Shown: piece by piece, positions 22,881 to 31,729 of the stretch
Layout of the letters: the number at the start of each line of letters is the position of its first letter
How positions within the stretch are numbered: the stretch's first letter is position 1
Origin: an uncultured Enterobacteriaceae bacterium
GTDB lineage: Bacteria > Pseudomonadota > Gammaproteobacteria > Burkholderiales > SG8-39
Length of the DNA: 47,615 nt
Direction of reading: 5' to 3'
Assembly: GCA_964562815.1 (NCBI GenBank)
Contig: CAZLUX010000006.1
Location: 1 to 47,615 of the forward strand
Notes under the pieces: model-generated
The model's database searches: none
Seen by the model: only the letters and a program-made list of their open reading frames with translations
What the model was told of the DNA's origin: nothing
Made by a program: the position numbers and the translations under genes

Positions 22881-23977
22881 TGCTGCGGCGCGCCGACGGC
22901 GACGACGTCGTCTCGGTCTACCGGGCGCAGCTGGCGAAGCGGGGCTTCGTCTCCGACCCGGCGCAGTGGCGCGCGGTCGAGCGGCTGCAGCGGCTGTTCG
23001 AGGAGTGGTCCGCGTACAAGGCGCGCCGCAGCACGGCGCTGCGCAGGATGCTGGTCAAGCCGCCGCTGCCCAGGGGCGTCTATCTCTGGGGCGGGGTGGG
23101 CCGTGGCAAGAGTTTCCTGATGGACGCCTTTTTCCTGTGCGCGCCGCTGGTGAGGAAGCGGCGGGTGCATTTCCATCACTTCATGCGCGAGATCCACCGC
23201 GAGCTCGACGAGCTCAAAGGCACCGAGGACCCGATCGCCGCGGTGGCCGCACGCACGGCGCGCCGCAGCCGGCTCATCTGCTTCGACGAGTTCCACGTCG
23301 GCGACATCGCCGACGCGATGATCCTGGGGCGCTTCCTCGAGCAGGTGATGGAACGCGGCGTAGTGCTCTGCATGACCTCCAATTACGCCCCCCGCGGGCT
23401 CTACCCGAGCGGCCTGCAGCGCGAGCGCTTCCTGCCGGCGATCGCGCTGCTCGAGGCGCGGCTCGACGTGCTGGAAGTCGACAGCGGGATCGACTACCGG
23501 CGCCGCAAGATGCAGAAGCTGCGCGCCTACCACCTCGGTCCGGGGAGCGAGCAGGCGCTGGAGCAGGTCTTCGAGGCCCTGAAGGACGTCGAGGAGGAGG
23601 ACCATCCGCTCGACGTCGAAGGGCGACGGATTCCCTACCGCAAGCGCGCCGGGAGCCTGGTCTGGTTCGATTTCAAGGCGCTGTGCGGCGGACCGCGCTC
23701 CTATGCCGACTACGTCGACCTGGCCAGGCGCTTTCACACCGTGCTGCTGTCCGGGGTGCCCCGAATGTCCCCGCGCAACGCCGACGCCGCGCGCCGCTTC
23801 ACCTGGCTGCTCGACGTGTTCTACGATGAGCGCGTCAAGCTGTTCGTCTCGGCCGAGGCCCGGCCGGAAGAGCTGTTCGTCGAGGGGGAAAACAGCGCCG
23901 AGTTCGCCCGCACCGTCAGCCGGCTGCACGAGATGCAATCGCCCGAATACCTGCAGGCCGAGCGCGCGCGGCGTTAA
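22880..23977 (+). CDS. zapE: cell division protein ZapE (AFG1-like ATPase)
   Basis: Walker A GVYLWGGVGRGKSFLMD, Walker B LICFDEFHV, and a 365-aa length. The ATG overlaps the upstream stop. Confidence 0.85.
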   Translation: MLRRADGDDVVSVYRAQLAKRGFVSDPAQWRAVERLQRLFEEWSAYKARRSTALRRMLVKPPLPRGVYLWGGVGRGKSFLMDAFFLCAPLVRKRRVHFHHFMREIHRELDELKGTEDPIAAVAARTARRSRLICFDEFHVGDIADAMILGRFLEQVMERGVVLCMTSNYAPRGLYPSGLQRERFLPAIALLEARLDVLEVDSGIDYRRRKMQKLRAYHLGPGSEQALEQVFEALKDVEEEDHPLDVEGRRIPYRKRAGSLVWFDFKALCGGPRSYADYVDLARRFHTVLLSGVPRMSPRNADAARRFTWLLDVFYDERVKLFVSAEARPEELFVEGENSAEFARTVSRLHEMQSPEYLQAERARR

Positions 23978-23999
23978 ACTTCGTACAGGAGGAAAGAGC

Positions 24000-24992
24000 A
24001 TGGAGAAGTTCAAGGCATTCAAGATCACCGAAGTCGACAAGAAGGTCCAGGCCGGGTTCACCGAATTCACGCTCGACCAGCTCGATCCCGGCGAAGTGGT
24101 GGTGCGGGTCGCCTATTCCGACGTGAACTACAAGGACGCGCTGGCGGCGACCGGCAAGGGCCGCATCCTGCTGCGGCCGGAGTGCATCGGCGGAATCGAC
24201 TTTTCCGGCACGGTGGTGTCCTCGAGCGACGCGCGCTTCGCCAAGGGCGACGCGGTGCTGGCGACGGGATTCGACATCGGGGTCAAGCACCACGGCGGCT
24301 ATGCCGAGTACGCGCGCGTGCCGGCCGACTGGCTGGTCAAGGCGCCCCAGGGCCTGACCCTGTGGGAGGCGATGGCGTTCGGCACCGCGGGGTTCACCGC
24401 GGGCCTGGCGATCGTGCGCATGGAGCAGAACGGCCTAAGGCCGGAGAACGGGCCGGTGATCGTCGACGGCGCGACCGGCGGGGTCGGCTCGATCGCGGTC
24501 GACGCGCTGGCGCGGCTGGGCTACAAGGTGACGGCGCTCACCGGCAAGGCGGGCGAGGTGGACTACCTGAAGAAGATCGGCGCGAGCGAGGTGAAGCTGC
24601 GCAGCGAGCTCGACCTGTCCAAGATCCGGCCGCTCGACAAGGCGACCTGGGCCGGCGCGGTCGACAACCTGGGCGGGGAGGCGCTCGCCTGGATGGCGAG
24701 CACGATGAAGGTGGGCGGCTGCATCGCCTCGATCGGGCTCGCCGCGGGCACCGCCCTCAACACCACGGTGCTGCCGTTCATCCTGCGCGGCGTGAGCCTG
24801 CTCGGGGTCGACTCGGTGAACTGCCCCATGCCCGTGCGCCAGGAGGTCTGGCGCCGGCTCGCGGGCGACATGCGCCCGGCTCACCTGAAGGAGATCACGC
24901 GGACGATCCCGTTCGCCGAGTTGCCGTCGGTGTTCGACAAGTTTATCGGCGCGCAAATCCGCGGAAGGGTCGTCGTCGACTTGAACGCCTAA
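24000..24992 (+). CDS. acuI: YhdH/AcuI-family NADPH-dependent acrylyl-CoA reductase (MDR superfamily)
   Basis: Close parallel to E. coli YhdH throughout (SSLNYKDALA-like VNYKDALAATGKG, GASGGVG-like GATGGVGS, VLPFILRGVSLLGVDSV). AGGAGG lies upstream of the ATG. Confidence 0.85.
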   Translation: MEKFKAFKITEVDKKVQAGFTEFTLDQLDPGEVVVRVAYSDVNYKDALAATGKGRILLRPECIGGIDFSGTVVSSSDARFAKGDAVLATGFDIGVKHHGGYAEYARVPADWLVKAPQGLTLWEAMAFGTAGFTAGLAIVRMEQNGLRPENGPVIVDGATGGVGSIAVDALARLGYKVTALTGKAGEVDYLKKIGASEVKLRSELDLSKIRPLDKATWAGAVDNLGGEALAWMASTMKVGGCIASIGLAAGTALNTTVLPFILRGVSLLGVDSVNCPMPVRQEVWRRLAGDMRPAHLKEITRTIPFAELPSVFDKFIGAQIRGRVVVDLNA

Positions 24993-25025
24993 GATCTGTC
25001 CGGTCATTCGGGAGAGGAGGCAAGG

Positions 25026-26915
25026 ATGGGCAGCTACAGCGATTTCCACCGCCGCTCGATCGAGCAGCCCGAGGCGTTCTGGGCCGAGCAGGCGAAGCTG
25101 GTCGACTGGCACAAGCCTTTCGGCAAGGTGCTCGACTTCTCGCGACCGCCGTTCGCGAAGTGGTTCAACGGCGGCGAGACCAACCTCTGCCACAACGCGA
25201 TCGACCGGCACCTCGCAGCGCGCGCCGGGCAGAAGGCGCTGGTCTACGTTTCGACCGAGGTCGACCAGGAGCGCAGCTACACCTTCGTCGAGCTGCACCG
25301 GGAGGTGCAGCGCGTGGCGGCGATGATGCAGTCGCTCGGGGTGAAGAAGGGCGACCGCGTGATCATCTACATGCCGATGATCCCGGAGTCGGCCTTCGCG
25401 ATCCTCGCCTGCGCGCGCATCGGCGCGATCCACTCGGTGGTGTTCGGCGGCTTCGCCGCGGCGAGCCTGGCGGCGCGCATCGACGACGCCAAGCCGAGCC
25501 TGATGATCACCGCCGACGGCGGCAGCCGCATGGGCAAGGCGGTGCTGTACAAGTCGCTGGTGGACGAGTCGCTCAAGCTGGCCAAGCACCCGCCGGCGAA
25601 GGTGCTCATCTACAAACGCGGGCTCGATTCGAAGATGCCGCTGACGGCGGGGCGCGACGTCGACTGGCAGGAGCTCGCCGCGCGCCACGAAGGCGCGCAG
25701 GTGCCCTGCGCCTGGCTCGAGTCGAGCGAGCCTTCCTACATCCTGTACACCTCCGGCACCACCGGCCAGCCCAAGGGCGTGCAGCGCGACGTCGGCGGCT
25801 ACGCGGTGGCGCTCGCCTCGTCGATGAAGCTGATCTATTGCGGCGAGCCCGGAGAGACGATGTTCACGACGTCGGACATCGGCTGGGTGGTGGGGCACTC
25901 GTACATCATCTACGGGCCGCTGATCGCCGGCATGACGACGATCATGTACGAGGGCGTGCCGATCCGGCCCGATGCCGGGATCTGGTGGAAGATCGTGCAG
26001 GACTACAAGGCATCGGTGATGTTCTCTGCGCCGACCGCGATCCGGGTGCTGAAGAAGCAGGATCCCGCCTTCCTGAAGAAGTACGACGTCTCCTCGCTCA
26101 AGCACCTGTTCCTGGCCGGTGAGCCGCTCGACGAGCCGACCCACGTCTGGATCTCCGAGGCGCTCGGCATCCCGGTCATCGACCACTACTGGCAGACCGA
26201 GACCGGCTGGCCGATCCTGTCGGCGGTGCCGGGGGTGGAAAAGACGCCGATCAAGTTCGGCAGCCCTTCGTTCCCGGTCTACGGCTACGACCTGAAGCTC
26301 CTGCGCGAGTCCGACGCGGGCGAAGCCGACCCGGACGAGAAGGCGGTGGTGACGATCGCGCCGCCGCTGCCGCCCGGCTGCATGACCACGGTGTGGGGCG
26401 ACGACGAGCGCTACGTCAAGACCTACTATTCCACGTTCAGCAAAAAGCAGGTCTACTCGACCTTCGACTGGGGCATCCGCGACAAGGACGGCTACTACTT
26501 CATTCTCGGGCGCACCGACGACGTGATCAACGTCGCCGGGCACCGCCTCGGCACGCGCGAGATCGAGGAAGCGGTGAGCATGCACCCGGCGATCGCCGAG
26601 TGCGCCGTGGTCGGCGTCGCGGATCCGCTGAAGGGCCAGATGCCGCTCGCCTTCGCGGTGGCGAAGGCCGCCGTCGAGGACAAGAAGAAGCTCGAGAAGG
26701 ATGTCATGGATACGGTGGACCGCCAGCTCGGGGCGATCGCAAGGCCGCGCGCGGTGCACTTCGTCACACTGCTGCCGAAGACGCGCTCGGGCAAGACGCT
26801 GCGCCGCTCGATCCAGGCGCTGGCGGAGGGGCGTGACCCGGGCGACCTCACCACCATCGAGGATCCGGGCGCCCTGGAGCAGATTCGCAACGCACTGAAG
26901 GAAGGCGCAAAGTAA
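25026..26915 (+). CDS. prpE: propionate--CoA ligase
   Basis: Near-collinear with E. coli PrpE as remembered (FWAEQA...[66 protein letters not shown]). 629 aa. Confidence 0.92.
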   Translation: MGSYSDFHRRSIEQPEAFWAEQAKLVDWHKPFGKVLDFSRPPFAKWFNGGETNLCHNAIDRHLAARAGQKALVYVSTEVDQERSYTFVELHREVQRVAAMMQSLGVKKGDRVIIYMPMIPESAFAILACARIGAIHSVVFGGFAAASLAARIDDAKPSLMITADGGSRMGKAVLYKSLVDESLKLAKHPPAKVLIYKRGLDSKMPLTAGRDVDWQELAARHEGAQVPCAWLESSEPSYILYTSGTTGQPKGVQRDVGGYAVALASSMKLIYCGEPGETMFTTSDIGWVVGHSYIIYGPLIAGMTTIMYEGVPIRPDAGIWWKIVQDYKASVMFSAPTAIRVLKKQDPAFLKKYDVSSLKHLFLAGEPLDEPTHVWISEALGIPVIDHYWQTETGWPILSAVPGVEKTPIKFGSPSFPVYGYDLKLLRESDAGEADPDEKAVVTIAPPLPPGCMTTVWGDDERYVKTYYSTFSKKQVYSTFDWGIRDKDGYYFILGRTDDVINVAGHRLGTREIEEAVSMHPAIAECAVVGVADPLKGQMPLAFAVAKAAVEDKKKLEKDVMDTVDRQLGAIARPRAVHFVTLLPKTRSGKTLRRSIQALAEGRDPGDLTTIEDPGALEQIRNALKEGAK

Positions 26916-27319
26916 TGAAGAACCGACCCGAGCTGACTCTCGATGACTGCCGCAAGATGAGCGCGGCGGCGGAAGCCGAGGCGAGGCGCAACAACTGGAA
27001 CGTCGCGATCGCGATCGTCGACGACGGCGGACACCTGCTGCACCTGGTGCGCATGGACGGCGCGACGCCGGCCAACGCCGCCATCTGCGTCGAGAAGGCG
27101 CGCACCGCGGCGACCACGCGCATGCCGAGCAAGACCTGGGAAGAGCGGGTCGCGGGAGGGCGGACGTCGATGCTCAAGATGCCCGTGCTGCCGGTCCAGG
27201 GGGGGCTGCCGATCAAGGTCGAGGGCTCGTGCGTCGGCGGCATCGGCGCCTCGGGCGTGGCCTCGCACGAGGACGAGCAGATCGTGCAGGTCGGCATCGA
27301 CGCGCTGCTCAAGGGCTGA
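26915..27319 (+). CDS. GlcG/HbpS-like (DUF336) protein
   Basis: 134 aa with the typical DUF336 pattern (AIAIVDDGGHLLHLVRMDGA, KARTAA, GGLPI...G.VGGIGASG). The start overlaps the prpE stop (TAATG). Confidence 0.8.
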   Translation: MKNRPELTLDDCRKMSAAAEAEARRNNWNVAIAIVDDGGHLLHLVRMDGATPANAAICVEKARTAATTRMPSKTWEERVAGGRTSMLKMPVLPVQGGLPIKVEGSCVGGIGASGVASHEDEQIVQVGIDALLKG

Positions 27320-27322
27320 CGC

Positions 27323-27610
27323 GTGTCCGACGCCAAGGCCACGTCGAAGGTGCTCATCGACAACGCGCGCACGCGCGTGGCGGAATGGCGCTTCGCGCCG
27401 GGAGCCGCCACCGGATGGCACCGCCACGAATACGACTACGTGGTGGTGCCGATGCTCGACGGCCGCCTCAAGCTTCTCGAGGCCGGGGGCGAGCGCTTCT
27501 CCGAGCTCAAGCAAGGCGTGCCTTACTTCAGGAACGCCGGGGTCGAGCACGACGTCGTCAACGCGAACGACTACGAATACTCGTTCATCGAGATCGAATT
27601 CAAGAACTGA
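27323..27610 (+). CDS. small cupin domain protein (95 aa)
   Basis: GTG start 3 nt after the glcG-like stop. Cupin motif 1 is GWHRHEYDY and motif 2 is PYFRNAGVEHDVVN. Confidence 0.7.
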   Translation: MSDAKATSKVLIDNARTRVAEWRFAPGAATGWHRHEYDYVVVPMLDGRLKLLEAGGERFSELKQGVPYFRNAGVEHDVVNANDYEYSFIEIEFKN

Positions 27611-27703
27611 TCGGGAAAAGTCGCGGGAACTGCGGCCGGCGCGGCGCTGTCGCTCAGCAAAGGAGTTGGGTGGTTTCTTTCAACCCTTGCAAAGGAGCGC
27701 CAT

Positions 27704-28399
27704 ATGTCCGATCACACAGGTATTCGCGAGCAACAGCAGCAACCGGGTACGGCGCGCAAGTCCAGGGTGCCGGCAAAGACCCTATTCCCGATGAAGGCGG
27801 GCGCGCGGATCGCATTGCCGGAGCTGCCGTATGCGGCGGATGCGCTCGCGCCGGTCATCTCGCGCGAGACGATGAGCTATCACTACGGCAAACACCACAA
27901 GGCTTACGTGGACAAGCTTAACGGCCTTATCGAGGATACCCTCTTCGCCGAGATGCCGCTCGAGAAGATCATCCAGTCGGCGGCGAAAGACGCGTCCAAG
28001 TCGGCCGTGTTCAACAACGCGGCGCAGGCCTGGAACCACTGGTTCTACTGGCTCAGCATGAGTCCCGACGGCGGCGGCAAGCCGGGCGGCCGGCTGGCGC
28101 GGAAGATCGAAGAGGATTTCGGCGATTTCGACAGCCTCACCGACGAGCTCAAGCAGGCGGCGACCGGGCAGTTCGGCAGCGGATGGGCCTGGCTCGTTTA
28201 CGACAGGGGCAAGCTCAAGGTCATCAAGACCGCCAACGCCGACACTCCGATCGCACGCGGCATGACGCCGCTGCTCGCGATCGACGTCTGGGAGCACGCC
28301 TACTACCTGGATTTCCAGAATCGGCGCGCCGATTACGTCGAGGCGGTGATCGAGCGCCTGCTGGACTGGGATTTCGCGCAGCAGAACATGCCGGCCTGA
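27704..28399 (+). CDS. sodB: Fe/Mn superoxide dismutase with an extended N-terminus
   Basis: LPELPYAADALAPVISRETMSYHYGKHHKAYV and DVWEHAYYLD motifs. AAAGGAG lies 7 nt upstream of the ATG at 27704. The internal ATG at 27791 has no Shine-Dalgarno sequence. Confidence 0.88.
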   Translation: MSDHTGIREQQQQPGTARKSRVPAKTLFPMKAGARIALPELPYAADALAPVISRETMSYHYGKHHKAYVDKLNGLIEDTLFAEMPLEKIIQSAAKDASKSAVFNNAAQAWNHWFYWLSMSPDGGGKPGGRLARKIEEDFGDFDSLTDELKQAATGQFGSGWAWLVYDRGKLKVIKTANADTPIARGMTPLLAIDVWEHAYYLDFQNRRADYVEAVIERLLDWDFAQQNMPA

Positions 28400-28415
28400 G
28401 CGGCGGTCAGCGGCT

Positions 28416-29600
28416 TCAGGAGGGGAGGGCGATCACCTTCCCTTCGCAAAGCGCGCTGATCTGCGCCGGCGCGTAGCCGATCGCCTGCAGCAGCTCGCGC
28501 GCGCCTTCGCCGACCGGCGGCGGATCGCTGCGCTTGGGCAAGTGCTCGCCGTCGAAGGCGATCGGCAGGCTCGGGACGTGGATCGTGCCGCCGGAGGGCA
28601 GCTGCGTCGTGTGCAGCGCGCCCGAGGCGTTCAGGTGCGGGTCGGCGAGCAGGTCCCAGGGCTTGGCGATCGGGGCGTAGGGCAGGCCGATGCGCTCGAG
28701 CTTGGCTTCGAGCTCGGCCTTGGCGTAGCGCTTCATCGCTTCTGCAAGCCGCGGCAGCAGCCAGGCGCGCTCGCGCACGCGCGCGCCGTTCGTCTTCAGG
28801 CGCGCGTCGGCCGCGAGCTCGGACTCGCCGAACTCGCGGCAGAAAATCTCCCATTGGGTGTCGGTGACGACGCCGACGAACAGGCGCTCGCCGTCGCCGG
28901 TCTCGAAGATGTCGTACACGCCCCAGGCGGGGCGCTTGACCGACATCGGCGGCGGCGCCTCGCCGGTGATCTCGTACTGCGCCATGTGCTGCGCCACGAG
29001 ATAGGCGGTGCTCTCGAAGAGGGCACTGGTGACGCGCGTGCCGCGGCCGGTCGACTCGCGCTCGCGCAGGGCGGCGAGCACCGCCACCGCGCCGAAGGTG
29101 CCGCCGACGATGTCGACCACCGATGCCCCGGCGCGGAGGGGTCGCTCGGGCAGGCCGGTCATGTAGGCGAGGCCGCCCATCATCTGCACCACCTCGTCGA
29201 GCGCCGGGCGGTGCTGGTAGGGCCCGTCGAGGAAGCCCTTGAGCGAGCAGTAGACGAGGCGCGGGTTGCGCGCCGCGAGCGCCTCGTAGCCGAAGCCGAG
29301 CTTGTCGAGCGCGCCGGGACGGAAGTTCTCGGTCAGCACGTCGCTCGCATCGAGCAGGCGCAGCACCAGGTCGCGGCCTTCGGCGCGCTTGAGGTCGACC
29401 GCTAGGCTCTTCTTGTTGCGGTTGAACACGGGGAAGAATCCGGAGCCGGCGGCCTCCAGGCGGCGCGTGTTGTCGCCTTCGAGCGGCTCGACCTTGATCA
29501 CCTCGGCGCCGAGATCCGCCAGCACCAGGCCGCAGCTGGGACCCATCACCATGTGCGCGAACTCGACCACGCGCACGCCCTCGAGCGGAAGCCGGTTCAT
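28416..29600 (-). CDS. family III CoA-transferase (CaiB/BaiF-like)
   Basis: MNRLPLEGVRVVEFAHMVMGPSCGLVLADLGAEVIKVEP N-terminus and NFRPGALDKLGFGYE. The ATG at 29600 overlaps the upstream stop (ATGA). The longer 573-aa track ORF was rejected. Confidence 0.9.
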   Translation of the reverse strand: MNRLPLEGVRVVEFAHMVMGPSCGLVLADLGAEVIKVEPLEGDNTRRLEAAGSGFFPVFNRNKKSLAVDLKRAEGRDLVLRLLDASDVLTENFRPGALDKLGFGYEALAARNPRLVYCSLKGFLDGPYQHRPALDEVVQMMGGLAYMTGLPERPLRAGASVVDIVGGTFGAVAVLAALRERESTGRGTRVTSALFESTAYLVAQHMAQYEITGEAPPPMSVKRPAWGVYDIFETGDGERLFVGVVTDTQWEIFCREFGESELAADARLKTNGARVRERAWLLPRLAEAMKRYAKAELEAKLERIGLPYAPIAKPWDLLADPHLNASGALHTTQLPSGGTIHVPSLPIAFDGEHLPKRSDPPPVGEGARELLQAIGYAPAQISALCEGKVIALPS

Positions 29601-30505
29601 GCGGCGTGCTTGAAGCCTTTCGGTAGCCCCGCCTGCGGGGTGTGGCCGTAGACCGGCTCTTCCGGCAGGCCGTCGACCAGCGCCTCGCGCGCGGCGAGCA
29701 GCCGGTCGAAGTCGATGCCGGTGGCGAGGCCCATGCTCTCGAACATGAACACCAGGTCCTCGGTGACGACGTTGCCGCTCGCCCCCGGTGCGAAGGGGCA
29801 GCCCCCCAGCCCGCCCATCGAGCTGTCGAAGGCGCGCACGCCTTCCTCGTAGGCCGCGAGCGCGTTGGCCAGGCCGAGGCCGCGGGTGTTGTGGAAATGC
29901 GCGCCCTCGAGCTTGTCGCCGATCTCCTTCCTGACGCGGCCGAAGATGCGCCGCACCTGCGCCGGGTTGGCGTAGCCGACGGTGTCGGCGAGCGCGACGC
30001 AGTCGCAGAACTCGGCCAGCGCCGCCGCGATGCGCAGCACGTCGTCCTCGGGCACCTCGCCCTGCATGGTGCAGCCGAACGCGGTCGAGACGGCGCCCTC
30101 GATCTGCGGGCCGCCGGCGCCGCGCAGGTCGCGGCATTTGCGCACTTCCTCGACCATCTGCTCGGGGGTCATGCGCACGTTGGCGAGGCTATGGGCGCGG
30201 CTGGCCGAGACCGGGAAAGTGATCTTGTGCGCGCCGGCCTGCATGGCGCGCTCGAAGCCCTTGAGGTTCGGCGCCAGCGCGACCACGCGCAGGCCGGGAA
30301 TGCCGCGCGCGTGCGCGACGATCTCGCCGGTGTCGGCCATGGCGGGGATCAGCTTGGGCGGCACGAACGAGCCGACCTCGATTTCCTCCAGCCCGGCGGC
30401 GGCGAGCGCGCTGATCCAGCGCTTCTTCGCCTCGGTCGGCATCATGTGGTGGGCGTTCTGCAGCCCGTCGCGCGGGCCGACTTCGCAGATGTGGATGTCG
30501 CGCAT
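29597..30505 (-). CDS. HMG-CoA lyase family protein (hydroxyacyl-CoA / citramalyl-CoA-type lyase)
   Basis: ICEVGPRDGLQN motif, TIM-barrel HMGL-like pattern, and HFHNTRGLGLANALAA metal-binding region. AGGGAG lies upstream of the ATG. Confidence 0.9.
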   Translation of the reverse strand: MRDIHICEVGPRDGLQNAHHMMPTEAKKRWISALAAAGLEEIEVGSFVPPKLIPAMADTGEIVAHARGIPGLRVVALAPNLKGFERAMQAGAHKITFPVSASRAHSLANVRMTPEQMVEEVRKCRDLRGAGGPQIEGAVSTAFGCTMQGEVPEDDVLRIAAALAEFCDCVALADTVGYANPAQVRRIFGRVRKEIGDKLEGAHFHNTRGLGLANALAAYEEGVRAFDSSMGGLGGCPFAPGASGNVVTEDLVFMFESMGLATGIDFDRLLAAREALVDGLPEEPVYGHTPQAGLPKGFKHAA

Positions 30506-30531
30506 GACGATCTCCCTTCAGGAGCCGGATT

Positions 30532-31719
30532 CTAGCGCCCCCGCCGCGCCTCGATCAGCTCGAGGGCGAAACCGCAGGCCGCGCCGCAGGCGGCGAAGGT
30601 GAGCAGCGCCGAGAGCGACGCGCTCCAGCCGCCGAAGCGCGAGGCCATCCACGCCAGCAGCACCGGGGCGACGAACTGGCTCGCCTGCGAAGACTGCATC
30701 ACGAGGCCGTTGCCGGTGCCGACGTGCAGGGGGCTGCGGGCATGCACCGGCACGCCGGAGAAGACCCCCGCCGGGATCACGCCGGCGCAGGCGGAAAACG
30801 CCAGCACCAGCAGGAAGCGCGGCGTGCCCGGCAGCGCGTCGAGCAGCATGCCGTTCGCGCACAGGGCCATGATCGCGAAGGCCGCCATCGTCATCCGGCC
30901 GCGGCGCACGCCGCGCGCGAGCAGCCAGCCGCCGGCGAGGTTGCCGGGCACGTTGATCAGCACCATCAGCGCAGTGAGCAGGGCCGCCGTCGCGGCCGAG
31001 CCGCCGCGCTGGTCGACGACGAAGGTCGGCAGCCAGATCATCACCGAGGACCATTGCGCGACGTAGAAGGCGAACATCAGCGCCAGCACGACGCTGCCAG
31101 GCTGGGTGAGCGACTCGAGTGCGAGGCGCAGCGAGCTCACGCGGCCGGCGTGTGGCGCCACTGCGAAGCGCGCGACGAGCGCGAAGGCGGCGATCGCGAC
31201 GAGCGCGAGAACGACCCACAGGCCGCGCCAGCCGACTGCTGCCATGACCAGCGGCGCGGCGAGCAGCGCCAGGCTGCCGCCCGCCGGCATGTAGGCGCTC
31301 CACAGCGACAGCGCCTTGGCGCGCTCGCGCGGCTCGGGCGCAGCGGCGCTCATCAGGGCAACGCCGGACACCGTAAACAGGATGAAGCCCGCGCCCTCGA
31401 GAAAGCGCGCCGTCAGCAGCGGGGCGAAGCTCCGCGCTGCGGCGCCGAGGAAGCCGCCCGCGGAGAGGATCGCGAGGCCGAGCAGGGCGAGCCGCTTGGG
31501 CCCGAAGCGGTCGGCGAGCACGCCGGCGAGCATGCCGGCCAGCCCGCCCACGACGTTGAACGTCGTCGCGACGAATCCCGACTGCACCAGCGAGAGGCCG
31601 AGCTCCGCACGCAGCACCGGCAGCGCGGGCGGGACCTTGCCGATGTAGGCGCCGGCGATCAGCCCGCCGGCGAAGACCGCCCAGACGGCCGGCCAGCGGG
31701 TGGCGGCACGGGCGTCCAA
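30532..31719 (-). CDS. MFS transporter
   Basis: 395 aa with 12 predicted hydrophobic segments and an LADRFGPKR loop motif. The apparent start is TTG with no clear Shine-Dalgarno sequence, 10 nt after the fumA stop, so the start is uncertain. Confidence 0.82.
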   Translation of the reverse strand: MDARAATRWPAVWAVFAGGLIAGAYIGKVPPALPVLRAELGLSLVQSGFVATTFNVVGGLAGMLAGVLADRFGPKRLALLGLAILSAGGFLGAAARSFAPLLTARFLEGAGFILFTVSGVALMSAAAPEPRERAKALSLWSAYMPAGGSLALLAAPLVMAAVGWRGLWVVLALVAIAAFALVARFAVAPHAGRVSSLRLALESLTQPGSVVLALMFAFYVAQWSSVMIWLPTFVVDQRGGSAATAALLTALMVLINVPGNLAGGWLLARGVRRGRMTMAAFAIMALCANGMLLDALPGTPRFLLVLAFSACAGVIPAGVFSGVPVHARSPLHVGTGNGLVMQSSQASQFVAPVLLAWMASRFGGWSASLSALLTFAACGAACGFALELIEARRGR

Positions 31720-31729
31720 GACGCGGCGA

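Noticed and set aside
24435-26759. 774-aa ORF antisense to acuI/prpE
   Set aside because: It overlaps two genes with near-complete similarity to known enzymes and has no motifs of its own.
28416-30137. 573-aa version of the CoA-transferase ORF
   Set aside because: The N-terminal 179 residues are an out-of-frame read through the HMGL-like lyase gene. The family III CoA-transferase N-terminus (MNRLPLEGVRVVEF) begins at the ATG at 29600, which overlaps the lyase stop.
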